NCBI GenBank assembly: GCA_041577295.1
Contig: JBFGJG010000046.1
Span: forward strand, 1-34,325
Origin: Gemmatimonadales bacterium
GTDB lineage: Bacteria; Gemmatimonadota; Gemmatimonadetes; Gemmatimonadales; GWC2-71-9
Direction of reading: 5' to 3'
Length of the DNA: 34,325 bases
A program made the translations under genes and the position numbers. Under the pieces are notes generated by a model. It made no database searches, had not been told where the DNA came from, and was given only the letters and a program-made list of their open reading frames with translations. The first letter of the stretch is position 1. The number at the start of each line of letters is the position of its first letter. This document shows, in pieces, positions 5,999 to 17,199 of this stretch.

Positions 5999-8857
5999 TC
6001 ACCCCGCAAACACCACCCGATTTCTCCCTTCTTCTTTGGCCCGGTACAACGCTCGATCCGCCGCCTCCACCAGCTCCTCAGGGGTGCTCCGTGTGGCTAA
6101 CTCGGTCACAGCCACTCCAATGCTCACGGTGACGGGACGGCGCAACGACGCGGGCTGGCCATCACCCGCCACCGGGAGCCCGGCAATCTGCAAACGCAAT
6201 CGCTCGGCAACGGCCTGCGCCATGCCGCGGTCGGCCTTCGGTAACAACACCGCGAACTCCTCTCCTCCCAGCCGTGCCACGAGATCGCCACCATCACGCA
6301 CCGACCGCTCGAGCACCCGCGCCACCATGGTGAGACACACGTCGCCCGCTGGATGACCAAACGTGTCGTTGTACTCCTTGAAGTGGTCCAGGTCGAGCAC
6401 CAGCAGCGCGATGGACACACCAGTGCGGGATGCCCGCCGGAACTCGTTTACCAACGCCTCGTCGAACTGACGACGATTGGCCACTCCCGTGAGCGCATCG
6501 CTACGCGAGAGCGCATCGAGCTGCCGGTTGAGCGCCACGAGCTGCTGATTGGCTCGCCGTAACTCGTGCGTCCGCTCCTCGACGCGCTGCTCGAGATGGC
6601 GCGTTCGGCGGACGAGCTGCCGGTTGCGGACGCGAATCAACAGCCAGACCAACCCCCCACCCATGAGCACGAAGAGCCCCCGCATGTACGAGGTGGCCCA
6701 CAGCGGTGGGAGCACGGTGAACGCCAACACCTCGGCTGGAGGCCCCCACCCGACGAGCGGTGCATATGCCTCGACCTCTAGCCGATAATTGCCCGCTGGC
6801 AACGCGCGGTACTGGATCGATGCCTGCGTGGTCGGCACCGACCAATCGGGATCGAACCCCGCTAACCGGTAACGATACTGGAGGTTCTCCTCGTCGATGT
6901 ACCAGGCAGGATACCACCCGATCTCCACGGTCCATCGGCCATACCGTACGGTTGTCTTGGCATCTGTCGTATCGGGAGTGGCGTTGACCCATTGCACGCG
7001 GCCACGCCGTACCACCGGCGCCTCGGAGAACTCGCCCAACACGGTAGGATCGATGACGGTGAGCCCTTCGTTCAGCCCAGCGAGCAAACGGCCACGACCG
7101 TCGATGAGGAGGCTGCGGCTAGTAGTGAACTCCCATCCGGTGAGCCCCATGGAGGGCGTGACACGCCGGAGTACCTCACCACTGTTCGCGTCGTACTCGA
7201 CCAACCCGCGCGTACCCCCGACCCATAAGCTACTGTGCCCGAGAAACCGCGCACTCCAACCGGCAATGGGCGCATCACTTTCTGCCAACACCCGTGCCGA
7301 GTCGTTTCCGCTCACCAACACGATACGATCGTCCACCACCACCGCGACCGCGCCATCCGCGCGCTCGGCCAGCGCATACACGTTGCCGTTGGACGGAACG
7401 AGCGATTCGTGTATCCGCTCGACGTTCGGCCCGCGCTCGCGCCACAATCCATTGCCAATGGTGCCAATCCATAACCGACCACGACCATCCTCATGCATGG
7501 TGTAGACGTAGCCGGGCGATTGTTCTAACGCGCCGGTCACCGAACGGATCTCACCCTGCCGCACTACCGCGAGTCCGAGCCGCGTGCCCACCCACAGCTC
7601 ATCGTCCCGATGCCATAAGACCCGGCCGGGGGCCGAGACGACCGGATCCGCACGCCCCACCTGGACCAACTCGCCACGCTCTTGGACCATGAACAACCCC
7701 AGCTCGGTGGCAGCCCACAACACTCCCCGCGGATCGGTGACCAGGTCCCACACCTTTTGGCCCTCGAGAGGTCGGATCCTCCGGACGACGCCGGTCTCGA
7801 AATCGAGCCGGCCGCTACAGTTGTCGCCACCCAGCAGGATGGCGGCGCCCTCATCGGCTGGACGGATCGCGAAAACACCGCCCGGACAGGGAAGCTCGAC
7901 CTGAGAGATCGCTCGACGCAGAGCACTGATCTTGAGCACACCCCGATTGTCCGTGGCCACCCAGACGTTGCCGTGACGATCGCCAACGATCTGGTTCACG
8001 ATCGAGTTCGATGCGAGCGTTCGAATACGAGTCCATTGGGAACCCGCCCGATAGAGCGCAATCTCGTTGCCCATCCCCATCCACACCCCGTTTTCGACCG
8101 GAAAGAGTGCGGTCACCGGACGGGTCGGCACCTCAGACAACACCCGCGAGCCAAGCGAGGAGCCCACCGGACCGAGCACCGCGACACCCCGCTCGCCACC
8201 CAACACGATGCTTCCGTCCGGTGTTTCCGTAAGGCTGAGGACGCGACCGATACCCTCCCACTGTTCGCGGGCGACCGGCTCCCAGCTGCCCGCACGGTGC
8301 ACCACTACGCCGAGCTGCGGTCCGGCAACCCACAAGCGATCCGCGCGATCGATCATCATCGCCTCGACTAACTGGCCACGGACCGCAGAATCCGTAACCG
8401 CTACGACACCATCTGCCTGCGACCACCGCACCAGGCCCTCAGCCGTGCCAAACCACACGCGCCCGGAGAAATCGGGCACGATGTGATCGACAAACCCAAA
8501 GTCCCACTGCACGGGGTCCACGAAGGGGCGGATCTCACCTTCGGGCTCGAGCACGTCGATTCCGATGTCGGAGCCGATGAGCAGGCGCCCGTCGGGCAAC
8601 AGCGTGAGCGTTCGCAACCCCTGCGTTGCCAACCCGTGGCTCCTCCCAAAGGCGGTGATCCGTGCGCCATCGTACCGAGCGAGGCCACTCGGCGTGGCAA
8701 ACCAGACCACACCGTTGCGATCGAACGCGAGCGCCTGCACCTGTGCCGAGGGCAACCCCTCCGTGCGGCCGAACACCTTCACCGGGGGCTCGGCGCTGGA
8801 GCCCACCTGGGTGGCCTGGAGGACGAGGGATATCAGAAGGGGGTGCCGGAGGAGCAT
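5999..8857 (-). CDS. Diguanylate cyclase with extracytoplasmic two-component-regulator beta-propeller and Y_Y_Y domains
   Basis: Repeated D-x-x-G-x-(L/V)-W propeller blades, YRYRLAGFD...YRALPAGNY (Y_Y_Y), PPLW plus a TM helix, coiled coil, DALTG, DLDHFKEYNDTFGH, ARLGGEEF and ADRALYRAK. Confidence 0.93.
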   Translation of the reverse strand: MLLRHPLLISLVLQATQVGSSAEPPVKVFGRTEGLPSAQVQALAFDRNGVVWFATPSGLARYDGARITAFGRSHGLATQGLRTLTLLPDGRLLIGSDIGIDVLEPEGEIRPFVDPVQWDFGFVDHIVPDFSGRVWFGTAEGLVRWSQADGVVAVTDSAVRGQLVEAMMIDRADRLWVAGPQLGVVVHRAGSWEPVAREQWEGIGRVLSLTETPDGSIVLGGERGVAVLGPVGSSLGSRVLSEVPTRPVTALFPVENGVWMGMGNEIALYRAGSQWTRIRTLASNSIVNQIVGDRHGNVWVATDNRGVLKISALRRAISQVELPCPGGVFAIRPADEGAAILLGGDNCSGRLDFETGVVRRIRPLEGQKVWDLVTDPRGVLWAATELGLFMVQERGELVQVGRADPVVSAPGRVLWHRDDELWVGTRLGLAVVRQGEIRSVTGALEQSPGYVYTMHEDGRGRLWIGTIGNGLWRERGPNVERIHESLVPSNGNVYALAERADGAVAVVVDDRIVLVSGNDSARVLAESDAPIAGWSARFLGHSSLWVGGTRGLVEYDANSGEVLRRVTPSMGLTGWEFTTSRSLLIDGRGRLLAGLNEGLTVIDPTVLGEFSEAPVVRRGRVQWVNATPDTTDAKTTVRYGRWTVEIGWYPAWYIDEENLQYRYRLAGFDPDWSVPTTQASIQYRALPAGNYRLEVEAYAPLVGWGPPAEVLAFTVLPPLWATSYMRGLFVLMGGGLVWLLIRVRNRQLVRRTRHLEQRVEERTHELRRANQQLVALNRQLDALSRSDALTGVANRRQFDEALVNEFRRASRTGVSIALLVLDLDHFKEYNDTFGHPAGDVCLTMVARVLERSVRDGGDLVARLGGEEFAVLLPKADRGMAQAVAERLRLQIAGLPVAGDGQPASLRRPVTVSIGVAVTELATRSTPEELVEAADRALYRAKEEGRNRVVFAG

Positions 8858-8902
8858 GGCGCGTTGATCTCACACCGCTGGCTGACGGGTCAAGACGTCG
8901 AA

Positions 8903-8928
8903 GAGCCCGCCGGGTGACCGACGGGCTC
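8903..8928 (-). terminator. GC-rich hairpin, possible terminator
   Basis: GAGCCCG-c-CGG-gtga-CCG-a-CGGGCTC just downstream of the 8970-9269 gene. The U-tract is weak. Confidence 0.4.
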
Positions 8929-8969
8929 CTCAGAATAGGTCCTGGGCTCAGACAAAGATGGGGCTTATA

Positions 8970-9269
8970 TCACTCAACGACCGTGAGGATCTCCCGATAT
9001 CCGCCCTCCGCGAGGGGAAGAAACTTCTGATACCACTTCTTCCACGTGTCGGTGCCCAAGAGGTTCTGACCCATCTCCTCGAAGTCACCGAGGTTCTCGT
9101 AGGTGTTTTCGAGCACCAACGTGTAATAGGAGCCTGTCAAATCCGTCAGCAGCCGGGGCTTCCTGCCCTTGGCCGCCTTCTCGAGCAGCTTCGCCCCCTC
9201 CTTCCACAACGCTATGGCCTCCTTGGCCTTGCCAAACTTCAAGCGGAATACATCCCGAACGAGTACCAT
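8970..9269 (-). CDS. Small conserved hypothetical protein (NIPSNAP/dimeric alpha-beta barrel-like)
   Basis: MVLVRDVFRLKFGKAKEA...RLLTDLTGSYYTLVLE...WKKWYQKFLPL. GGAGGT RBS before ATG 9269. Confidence 0.75.
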   Translation of the reverse strand: MVLVRDVFRLKFGKAKEAIALWKEGAKLLEKAAKGRKPRLLTDLTGSYYTLVLENTYENLGDFEEMGQNLLGTDTWKKWYQKFLPLAEGGYREILTVVE

Positions 9270-9381
9270 GCTCACCTCCCAGCGCGTCCACGCGCATGCA
9301 ACAGGGTGGTTGCCATGAACACGGCAGTGCTCACAGCGGCGCGAACCCGCGCCTATGTGGGTCTATATAATAGGAAAGAAA

Positions 9382-10275
9382 CTACCGTTTCATCACGAGA
9401 CGATCGAAAAGATCGACCACGAACTGCTTGCGATCCGGCCCGTTGGCGTCGAAGTACCAGTAGCACTCCTGATCACCTCGGTTCATCAAGAGCTGCATGG
9501 TGCCCTGCGATTTGTGCTCTGCGATCACCCAATTGGCGATGATACGGAAGTCGAGCCGGTCATTCTCGTCGATCTTCTGCGTACGATCGAACCGCGCGAG
9601 CGGCTCACCTCCAGAAACCTGAGAGATGGGGAACTCCGGGAGCCCCTCGAAGAGAATGGGCTCGTCACCCCACGTACAGGGAAACCCACCCAGCACGACG
9701 GGACGCTTCTCCTGTGGGAGGGTGAGCGCGGCGTGCATCGCTAGCATCGTGGCCGCCTTGTGATGACCATGCATCTGCGGGAAGGGAAGGAGCCCCATCG
9801 CCACGTCGTAATCCCCCCGTTCCATGATCTCGGCCAGACGGCGCCGTACACGGCTCGAGTCCCACACGGCGGTGAGCACGGTGTCCGCGTTCAGCGTGAA
9901 CTCGTGATCCAGCTCGTCGAGAAAGAAGTAATTCCGGATGCCCACGATGGCTCCGCCGGCCATGAGCTCCTTCTTACGAATGGCGGGTAGATACTGGCGG
10001 GCCACCGCTTCGTTCGTGAGCTCGAGCCCGTAGATGGGCTCGGCGAGCGTCGCGTAGCGAAAGCCACCGCTGCCATCGGTCACCAAGGCAAGGTCCACCA
10101 CACCCTTCAGCTGATGCGTGATCTGGTAGATGGCGCCGGCAAAGGCCGCATCGTCATCGGGATGGGCGGTCACGAGCAGAGCGCGAACGGGTGCGTGGTG
10201 CCCCGCGGCAGATTGCGCGACGATAGGGGAGGGGGCAAGCCAGGCCAACGCTGCAAGCAAGACCAGCTGACGCAT
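9382..10275 (-). CDS. PIG-L/LmbE family N-acetylglucosaminyl deacetylase, exported
   Basis: Signal peptide, AHPDDD metal motif, TDG, RxxE, HGHH and HKSQ. Confidence 0.88.
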   Translation of the reverse strand: MRQLVLLAALAWLAPSPIVAQSAAGHHAPVRALLVTAHPDDDAAFAGAIYQITHQLKGVVDLALVTDGSGGFRYATLAEPIYGLELTNEAVARQYLPAIRKKELMAGGAIVGIRNYFFLDELDHEFTLNADTVLTAVWDSSRVRRRLAEIMERGDYDVAMGLLPFPQMHGHHKAATMLAMHAALTLPQEKRPVVLGGFPCTWGDEPILFEGLPEFPISQVSGGEPLARFDRTQKIDENDRLDFRIIANWVIAEHKSQGTMQLLMNRGDQECYWYFDANGPDRKQFVVDLFDRLVMKR

Positions 10276-10335
10276 GTCACCAACCCTGGATAAAGGGGGT
10301 CTGTTCAGGGCGATCGCATCCCACTACACTTTATC

Positions 10336-10420
10336 TACGACGGGGGTGCCGTCCAAGACCGGACGGCTGAGATCATACCCTTAGAACCTGATCCGGCCAG
10401 TACCGGCGTAGGGAGTCGCC
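10336..10420 (+). ncRNA. TPP riboswitch aptamer
   Basis: GGGGTGC...GGCTGAGA-TCATACCC-TTAGAACCTGATCCGGCCAGTACCGGCGTAGGGA, the THI-box consensus, directly upstream of thiC. Confidence 0.97.
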
Positions 10421-10424
10421 CATG

Positions 10425-10471
10425 AAGCCAGCCAACCGAGACAGCGCGTCTACCCGGGTTGCTGGCTTTTG
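10425..10471 (+). terminator. Putative riboswitch expression-platform terminator
   Basis: AAGCCAGC-CAACC...GGTTGCTGGCTT followed by TTGT, between the aptamer and the thiC RBS. Confidence 0.6.
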
Positions 10472-10496
10472 TCTGTCTTACTCCCCACTCCCCTAG

Positions 10497-11840
<1,344 letters not shown>

Positions 11841-11877
11841 CTGGATGACGTTGGCAAGCGTCCGGTGCCGCAACGGA

Positions 11878-11911
11878 CAAAAAGGGCTGGCTCCGAAGAG
11901 TCAGCCTTTCT
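11878..11911. terminator. Intrinsic (possibly bidirectional) terminator
   Basis: AAAAAGGGCTGGCTC-cgaa-GAGTCAGCCTTTC between convergent thiC and antiporter genes. Confidence 0.7.
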
Positions 11912-12148
11912 ACGGCGCGACCTACCTCCCGACGGCTAAGTGCTCGGCGAACCAGAGCACTCATCGGAGTTCTACGTACGGCGTGTCTTCCCCTCCCAGT
12001 AGAAGCCGGGATTGCCGTTCACGACGTTGCGCGATGCAGCGCACACGGGGGGTGCGTTCGCAAGTGTTGCACGTGTGCAACGCCACGAAGAACCGTGGTG
12101 CCGATGCAGCGGTTTGGCGTTTTTGGGGCTACTGGGGTGCAGACGCGA

Positions 12149-13417
12149 TTACTTCGAGAACGGGATCCTAACGGGTAGCTCACTTACCGCGCGGTGCTCG
12201 GGGGCTTCTGCTTTTTCTTTCATCGCGTGTACGCGTTGTGAATACCACATCGCCAGAGGGTATGCGGTCACCCCGTGGGCAAAGACGCTGAGCAAAACCG
12301 TCGTCATCGCGACGCTCAGCATCAGTTCCTCTCCAACGAGGTTTGCCTCCTCGAGCATCACGAGCGCAAAGAGAATGGTCGCGATGCCACGTGGACCAAA
12401 CCAGCCGAGAAGCAGCACCGTGTCCAACCTGAGCTTCGCCCCTAGCAGGCTCACTGCTGCTGGTAGCACGCGGATGACGGTGAGGCTTGCGATCGCGTAC
12501 AACAACACCGTCCAGCTGAACCTCTCGAGCGCAAACGGTACCATCACCACACCGAAGACCATGAAGATCAACAGCGTCAGCAACTGACCCTCCGCCTCCG
12601 CGAACTCGTGCAGCTCCTCGCACACCAGCCTCGACGTATTGCCCAGGGTGAGCCCTGCGGTGAAGGCGGCGATGAAACCGTTGCCTCCCACATGCTCGGC
12701 AAGCGCGAACGCAAGCAAGGACAGACCAATGGCCGAAAGATCCTCGAACGGTTTGGTGATCCACCCGGCTTTGATGCCATGCTCCAGCACTTTGGCACCG
12801 AGGTATCCGGCGGCGATGCCGACCAGCGGACCGAGTAGAATCTGCATGGCCGCAAAACGGATCCAGTAGCCCGCTGGGGCGATGGCCTCTGTCGCACCTG
12901 CGATTGCCAGCAGCAACAAGAAGACGGGCAACGCGATACCGTCGTTGAGACCGCTCTCGACGTTGAGCGCTTGGCGGATACGCATGGGGATTTGCTCGAG
13001 GCTCACCACCGCTTGACCGAGTGCCGCGTCGGTCGGTGCCAGGATTGCAGCGAGCACGGCGGCCTCCCAGATGGTGAGCCCGGTGAGCATGACGGCCGCG
13101 AGCACGGTGCCGAGGAGAATGGTGAGCGGCAGACCGATGCTCAGCAGCCGGATGGGCAGGTCGTGTTGCCGCTTGAGGAGCTTGAGATCGATTCGCGAGG
13201 CGTCCGTGAACAGCACCAGCACGAGCGTGAGCTCGGCGAGCGTTTGAATCAGGGGGCTCTCGATGCTCAGCTCGAGCATCCCAATCCCCTGGCTCACGAG
13301 AAACCCAAACGCCACGAACACCATGGGCGGCGTGATGGGACTGCGTTGGATTCGCCCTGAGATCAGGGCGAATCCGAGAATGCCCGCCGCGACAATGACA
13401 AACGACAGGCTTTCCAT
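12149..13417 (-). CDS. Cation:proton antiporter (CPA1/NhaP-like)
   Basis: Many TM helices; LAPTDA, VESGLNDG and GWFGPRG motifs. Confidence 0.93.
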   Translation of the reverse strand: MESLSFVIVAAGILGFALISGRIQRSPITPPMVFVAFGFLVSQGIGMLELSIESPLIQTLAELTLVLVLFTDASRIDLKLLKRQHDLPIRLLSIGLPLTILLGTVLAAVMLTGLTIWEAAVLAAILAPTDAALGQAVVSLEQIPMRIRQALNVESGLNDGIALPVFLLLLAIAGATEAIAPAGYWIRFAAMQILLGPLVGIAAGYLGAKVLEHGIKAGWITKPFEDLSAIGLSLLAFALAEHVGGNGFIAAFTAGLTLGNTSRLVCEELHEFAEAEGQLLTLLIFMVFGVVMVPFALERFSWTVLLYAIASLTVIRVLPAAVSLLGAKLRLDTVLLLGWFGPRGIATILFALVMLEEANLVGEELMLSVAMTTVLLSVFAHGVTAYPLAMWYSQRVHAMKEKAEAPEHRAVSELPVRIPFSK

Positions 13418-13425
13418 AGGGATTA

Positions 13426-14109
13426 CTACGCCGACATGCCGTGACGTGGAGGACAGTCGTCCTCGCTCGCCCGCTTGGCGTCGGCGATGAGCTGCTTGAG
13501 GTTGGTGCGCAGCGGATTCTTCTTCATGAGCTTGGCCATGGCTGACAGATTGTGCGCCATGTAGCGGGCGGTCTTGTTGGTGTACATATGCTTGTCACCG
13601 CCGGCCTCGATGTAGCTGGGTCCCGGACCGGCATCGCCCACCCAGTAACAGTCGGCATTCGGAGGAATAACGCAGCCGAGGTGTGAGAGATTGAAGAGCG
13701 TGTTGGCCGCTGCGTCGTGTGCGCCATCTTCGTTTCCGGTGACGATGACGCCGGCGACCTTGTTGTACAGCGGGAACTGCCCCGTCTCCGGATCTCCCTC
13801 ACCATAGGTGCCGTCCAGGCGCTCGATCACGAGCTGGGCCACGGCAGAGCGGACGCCAAACCAGATGGGGGTGCCGATGATGACGATGTCGGCGGCGATG
13901 AGCTTTTTCAGAATCTTAGGCCACTCGTCGCCATCGCCTTCGTTGGACGACACGCCAAACGGGATGTTGTAGTCGACCGGCCGGAGGACCTCGGACTCGA
14001 CGCCGAGGGGTTTCATGAGGTCCACCACCTTATCGATCAAGGCTCGGGTGTTCGAGGTCTTGGGGGACTTTTTCAGCGTGCAGTTGAGGATGACTGCCTT
14101 GAGGGCCAT
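13426..14109 (-). CDS. Multimeric flavodoxin/NAD(P)H-dependent FMN reductase-like protein
   Basis: NCTLKKSPKTSNT, ADIVIIGTPIWFG, ERLD, KVAGVIVTGNEDG and GPGPSY. Confidence 0.88.
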   Translation of the reverse strand: MALKAVILNCTLKKSPKTSNTRALIDKVVDLMKPLGVESEVLRPVDYNIPFGVSSNEGDGDEWPKILKKLIAADIVIIGTPIWFGVRSAVAQLVIERLDGTYGEGDPETGQFPLYNKVAGVIVTGNEDGAHDAAANTLFNLSHLGCVIPPNADCYWVGDAGPGPSYIEAGGDKHMYTNKTARYMAHNLSAMAKLMKKNPLRTNLKQLIADAKRASEDDCPPRHGMSA

Positions 14110-14203
14110 TCCACGGCTCCTTTACGCGTAGAAAGGGAAAAGGCCACGGGCCACTCACGCAGTGAACTCGTGATGCGTGGTCCGTGTTGGCGGGGTATCC
14201 TAT

Positions 14204-14875
14204 TCAGTCGGCGCCCAACAGATCGGCGAGACCCGTAATTGTGTCCACTTCCGCGTCGGGGCGCGCCTCGCCCCGCGCTCGTTCGTGCTTCCGGTTGACC
14301 CATACAACAGGAATGCCCAGCGCGATAGAAGGTTCCACGTCGTGAAAGTAGCTCTGCGCAGCGTGGAGCCAGTGCTTCCCATCGAGCTGCTTCCGGGCTT
14401 CCTCGAAGTGGGCCTGCGCCGGCTTGTACGACTTCACCTGTTGGGCGGTGACGATGGGATCGAAGGTCACCGAAAAGTGCTTGAGTGTTCCCTTCAAGAG
14501 GTCATCATCGATGTTGGACAGTATTCCGAGCTTGATGCCAGCGGCAGTGAGGCGTTTGAGTCCGGAGTTCGTGTCCGGAAACGGCTTCCAGCTGGGAAGG
14601 GAATTGGCGAGGAATTCGGCTTTTGCCTTCTCCAGCTGCCACCCGATCTCCTTGGCCATCCGTACCGCTGTTTCCGCGAGCACTTCGCGATACGTACGAT
14701 AGCCTTCGGCCTGTACCTTTGGCTCAGCATCCGCGTGCAGGCGTAATACGTCCTCACGGCTGATCTGGACCTTGCTGGCCGCGGCCGCCTTCATGAACGC
14801 CTCTGCGATTCCCGTCTCCCAGTCGATCAGGGTGCCATAACAATCGAAGGTGAGGTACTCGGGATCGTGTCTCAT
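14204..14875 (-). CDS. HAD-superfamily hydrolase (haloacid dehalogenase type II-like)
   Basis: FDCYGTLIDW, LSNID, SYKP and HAAQSYFHD. Confidence 0.9.
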   Translation of the reverse strand: MRHDPEYLTFDCYGTLIDWETGIAEAFMKAAAASKVQISREDVLRLHADAEPKVQAEGYRTYREVLAETAVRMAKEIGWQLEKAKAEFLANSLPSWKPFPDTNSGLKRLTAAGIKLGILSNIDDDLLKGTLKHFSVTFDPIVTAQQVKSYKPAQAHFEEARKQLDGKHWLHAAQSYFHDVEPSIALGIPVVWVNRKHERARGEARPDAEVDTITGLADLLGAD

Positions 14876-15113
14876 GGTCTGTTGGATCGGTGCAGCATAG
14901 GGCGGTTGTTGCCTCTCATGCCCGGACGCAATCGGTGGACCTCAGCAGGCCTTCCCTCCCGGCTATGGTCGTTTGCTAACATCATTCCCTGCATAGCGTT
15001 CCAGGTAGTTATGGGTCTCTTCCCCACTCAACCCTCCCCGTCCTCCGCTCCCCGTTTTCCCGTCCGCCCGACGGCAGAAGGTACCCGTCTGCGGCAAATC
15101 GGCTAGCGACCCC

Positions 15114-15128
15114 TGGCACGCTTGGTGC
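15114..15128 (+). promoter_or_regulatory. Putative sigma54 (-24/-12) promoter
   Basis: TGGCACGCTTGGTGC matches TGGCACG-N4-TTGC with one mismatch and has exact GG-N10-GC spacing. Confidence 0.6.
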
Positions 15129-15143
15129 GTCCTCGGGGTGGCG

Positions 15144-15743
15144 ATGAAGACTGCATTGAACGGCTTCAATCCACTGCACAGTCTGCTGCGCGCACAACTA
15201 GAGCGACCTGCTGAGTTGGGCGCGGTAAACCTTCGTGTCCTCTCCCCGTTCCAGCGGGCCCTGCTCGTGATCGACGGAACGGTGACCAAGTTCATCGAAG
15301 CGTACGCCATGGAGCCGCTCGAGATCCAGCGGCTATCGCAGAATACGGAGATGCTGGAGGAGGACCATCCGTGGTTGGAGGCCCTGCGAGGAACGCAGGT
15401 CGCGGTGCGTGAGGTGCTGATTCAAGGAAAGTACAGCCGTACACCGTTCGTCTATGCGGTCTCGTTGGTCGTGCTGGTGCGGTTGTCACCCGAGATGCGA
15501 GCGCGGCTCGACGTCCAGGGTGAGGGGATTGGCCGGATCATCAACGACACGGAGATGGAGACGCGCCGGGAGATTCTCTGGTTTGGACGAGAGCACGTTC
15601 CCAATCTCGAGCACAGCGCGTTGCGCCGAACCTCTGGCGAGTTCATCAGCCGCTCTTACCGGATCATAACGCAGGGCAAGCCCATTGCCTTGATCAACGA
15701 GAAGTTTCCGTACGATATCGATCGACTGCCTACGCATCATTGA
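15144..15743 (+). CDS. Chorismate pyruvate-lyase-like protein (DUF98/Rv2949c type; putative 4-hydroxybenzoate synthase)
   Basis: QRALLVIDGTVTKFIEAY, REVLI, YAVS, GIGRII...METRREIL and SRSYRII...LINEKFP. Confidence 0.85.
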   Translation: MKTALNGFNPLHSLLRAQLERPAELGAVNLRVLSPFQRALLVIDGTVTKFIEAYAMEPLEIQRLSQNTEMLEEDHPWLEALRGTQVAVREVLIQGKYSRTPFVYAVSLVVLVRLSPEMRARLDVQGEGIGRIINDTEMETRREILWFGREHVPNLEHSALRRTSGEFISRSYRIITQGKPIALINEKFPYDIDRLPTHH

Positions 15744-15751
15744 GGTGAAAC

Positions 15752-17107
15752 GTGTTGGCCATTGTACCTGAGCTAGATACATCGAGGAACTTGTTCCGCG
15801 GACCGCTGGACACCAGCTATTTGGATCCCTTTGTCGAAACGCTGGGTCGGGAGGCGTTACGGCAGATCCAGCTGAAAAAACTGCAGCTCATGCTCGGGCC
15901 GGTGTGCTCGAGCAACGCGTTTTACCGCCGCAAGCTGGCGGACGCGGGATTGCGATCGCCGAACGATCTCAAGACCATCGAGGACTTGCAGCGGCTTCCG
16001 TTTACCACGAAGCGTGAGTTATCGGCGGATCAGGCGGCCGCACCGCCCTACGGCACCAACCTTACCTTCCCGCGCGGGAAGTACACGCGAATTCACCAAA
16101 CGTCGGGAACGACCGGTGAGCCGCTGCGTTGGCTCGATACCGAGGACAGCTGGAACTGGTGGGCGCGTTGCTGGGCAACTGTCTATCGCGCAGCGGGGGT
16201 AACCGACCGCGATCGCATTTTTTTCGCGTTCTCGTTTGGACCGTTCATCGGATTCTGGAGCGGATATCAGGGTGCTCAGCACATCGGCGCGCTCGCCGTT
16301 CCCGGTGGCGGCATGTCGTCCTATCAGCGGGCCAAGGCGATCATCGATCACGACATTTCCGTGCTGGTATGCACGCCCACCTATGCGCTGCACCTGCAAG
16401 AGGTCGCCGAGCAGGAGGGCATCAAGCTGGTCGATTCGAGCGTCAACATCACCATTCAGGCCGGTGAGCCGGGTGCGAGCGTCGCGGGCACGAAAGAGCG
16501 TATCGAGGCCGCGTGGGGCGCACGGTGTTACGACCATGTCGGCGCCACCGAAGTGGGCGCGTGGGGGTTCGAATGTCAGGCCCAGGCCGGCGTGCACGTG
16601 AACGAAGGCGAGTTCATTTGCGAGGTGATAGACCCTGTGACCGGCAAGCCGGCCGAAGAAGGCGAGCTGGTGATGACCAACCTGGGCCGGTTGGGCATGC
16701 CCATCATCCGGTACCGTACGGGTGACCGCGCGCGTCTCGCGGAGAAGCCTTGTGAGTGTGGTCGCACGTACCTGCGGTTGGACGGCGGTGTGATTGGACG
16801 GATCGACGACGTGGTGATTGTCCGTGGCGTCAACGTCTTCCCGAGCGCGATCGAAAACATTGTCCGGCGCTTCCCAGAGGTCGGTGAGTTTGCGGTGGAT
16901 GTCTACCGCCGAGCCGAATTGGACGACATGGAAGTGCGGATCGAGGTTCGGGACGAGAAGGTCGAAGAGGTTACCGCGGCCGTGGCGAAGGAGATCAGGG
17001 CGGGTATTGGCATCCGCGCCGTGGTCACCCCCGTGCCGTTTGGTACGCTGCCGCGATTTGATCTGAAGGCGAAGAGATTTTCTGATCACAGGGATCTAGA
17101 CGGCTAA
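15752..17107 (+). CDS. Phenylacetate-CoA ligase (PaaK)-family adenylate-forming enzyme, copy 1
   Basis: LPFTTK, TSGTTG P-loop, CTPTYA, AGEPG, GATE, IRYRTGD and GRIDD...RGVNVFPSAIE. Confidence 0.92.
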   Translation: MLAIVPELDTSRNLFRGPLDTSYLDPFVETLGREALRQIQLKKLQLMLGPVCSSNAFYRRKLADAGLRSPNDLKTIEDLQRLPFTTKRELSADQAAAPPYGTNLTFPRGKYTRIHQTSGTTGEPLRWLDTEDSWNWWARCWATVYRAAGVTDRDRIFFAFSFGPFIGFWSGYQGAQHIGALAVPGGGMSSYQRAKAIIDHDISVLVCTPTYALHLQEVAEQEGIKLVDSSVNITIQAGEPGASVAGTKERIEAAWGARCYDHVGATEVGAWGFECQAQAGVHVNEGEFICEVIDPVTGKPAEEGELVMTNLGRLGMPIIRYRTGDRARLAEKPCECGRTYLRLDGGVIGRIDDVVIVRGVNVFPSAIENIVRRFPEVGEFAVDVYRRAELDDMEVRIEVRDEKVEEVTAAVAKEIRAGIGIRAVVTPVPFGTLPRFDLKAKRFSDHRDLDG

Positions 17108-17111
17108 ACCA

Positions 17112-17182
17112 CCTGCATCTCCTGCCTCTAGTGCCGCTTCGTTGAGGTAGTCGAAGAGGCAGGGGAGGCGAAAGAGGCAGAG
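17112..17182. repeat. Intergenic 9-nt periodic inverted repeat
   Basis: CCTGCATCT CCTGCCTCT ... AGAGGCAGG GGAGGCGAA AGAGGCAGA. Confidence 0.55.
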
Positions 17183-17199
17183 GACTGGAAGAGACGACG

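Noticed and set aside
12066..12081. Perfect palindrome GTTGCAC-GT-GTGCAAC
   Set aside because: A single copy between convergent genes with no associated promoter or repeat family, so no function can be assigned.
16019..17089. 356-aa antisense ORF (also 10746-11582 antisense and 32204-33007 alternate frame)
   Set aside because: Shadow frames of well-supported genes in high-GC DNA, with no recognisable motifs.
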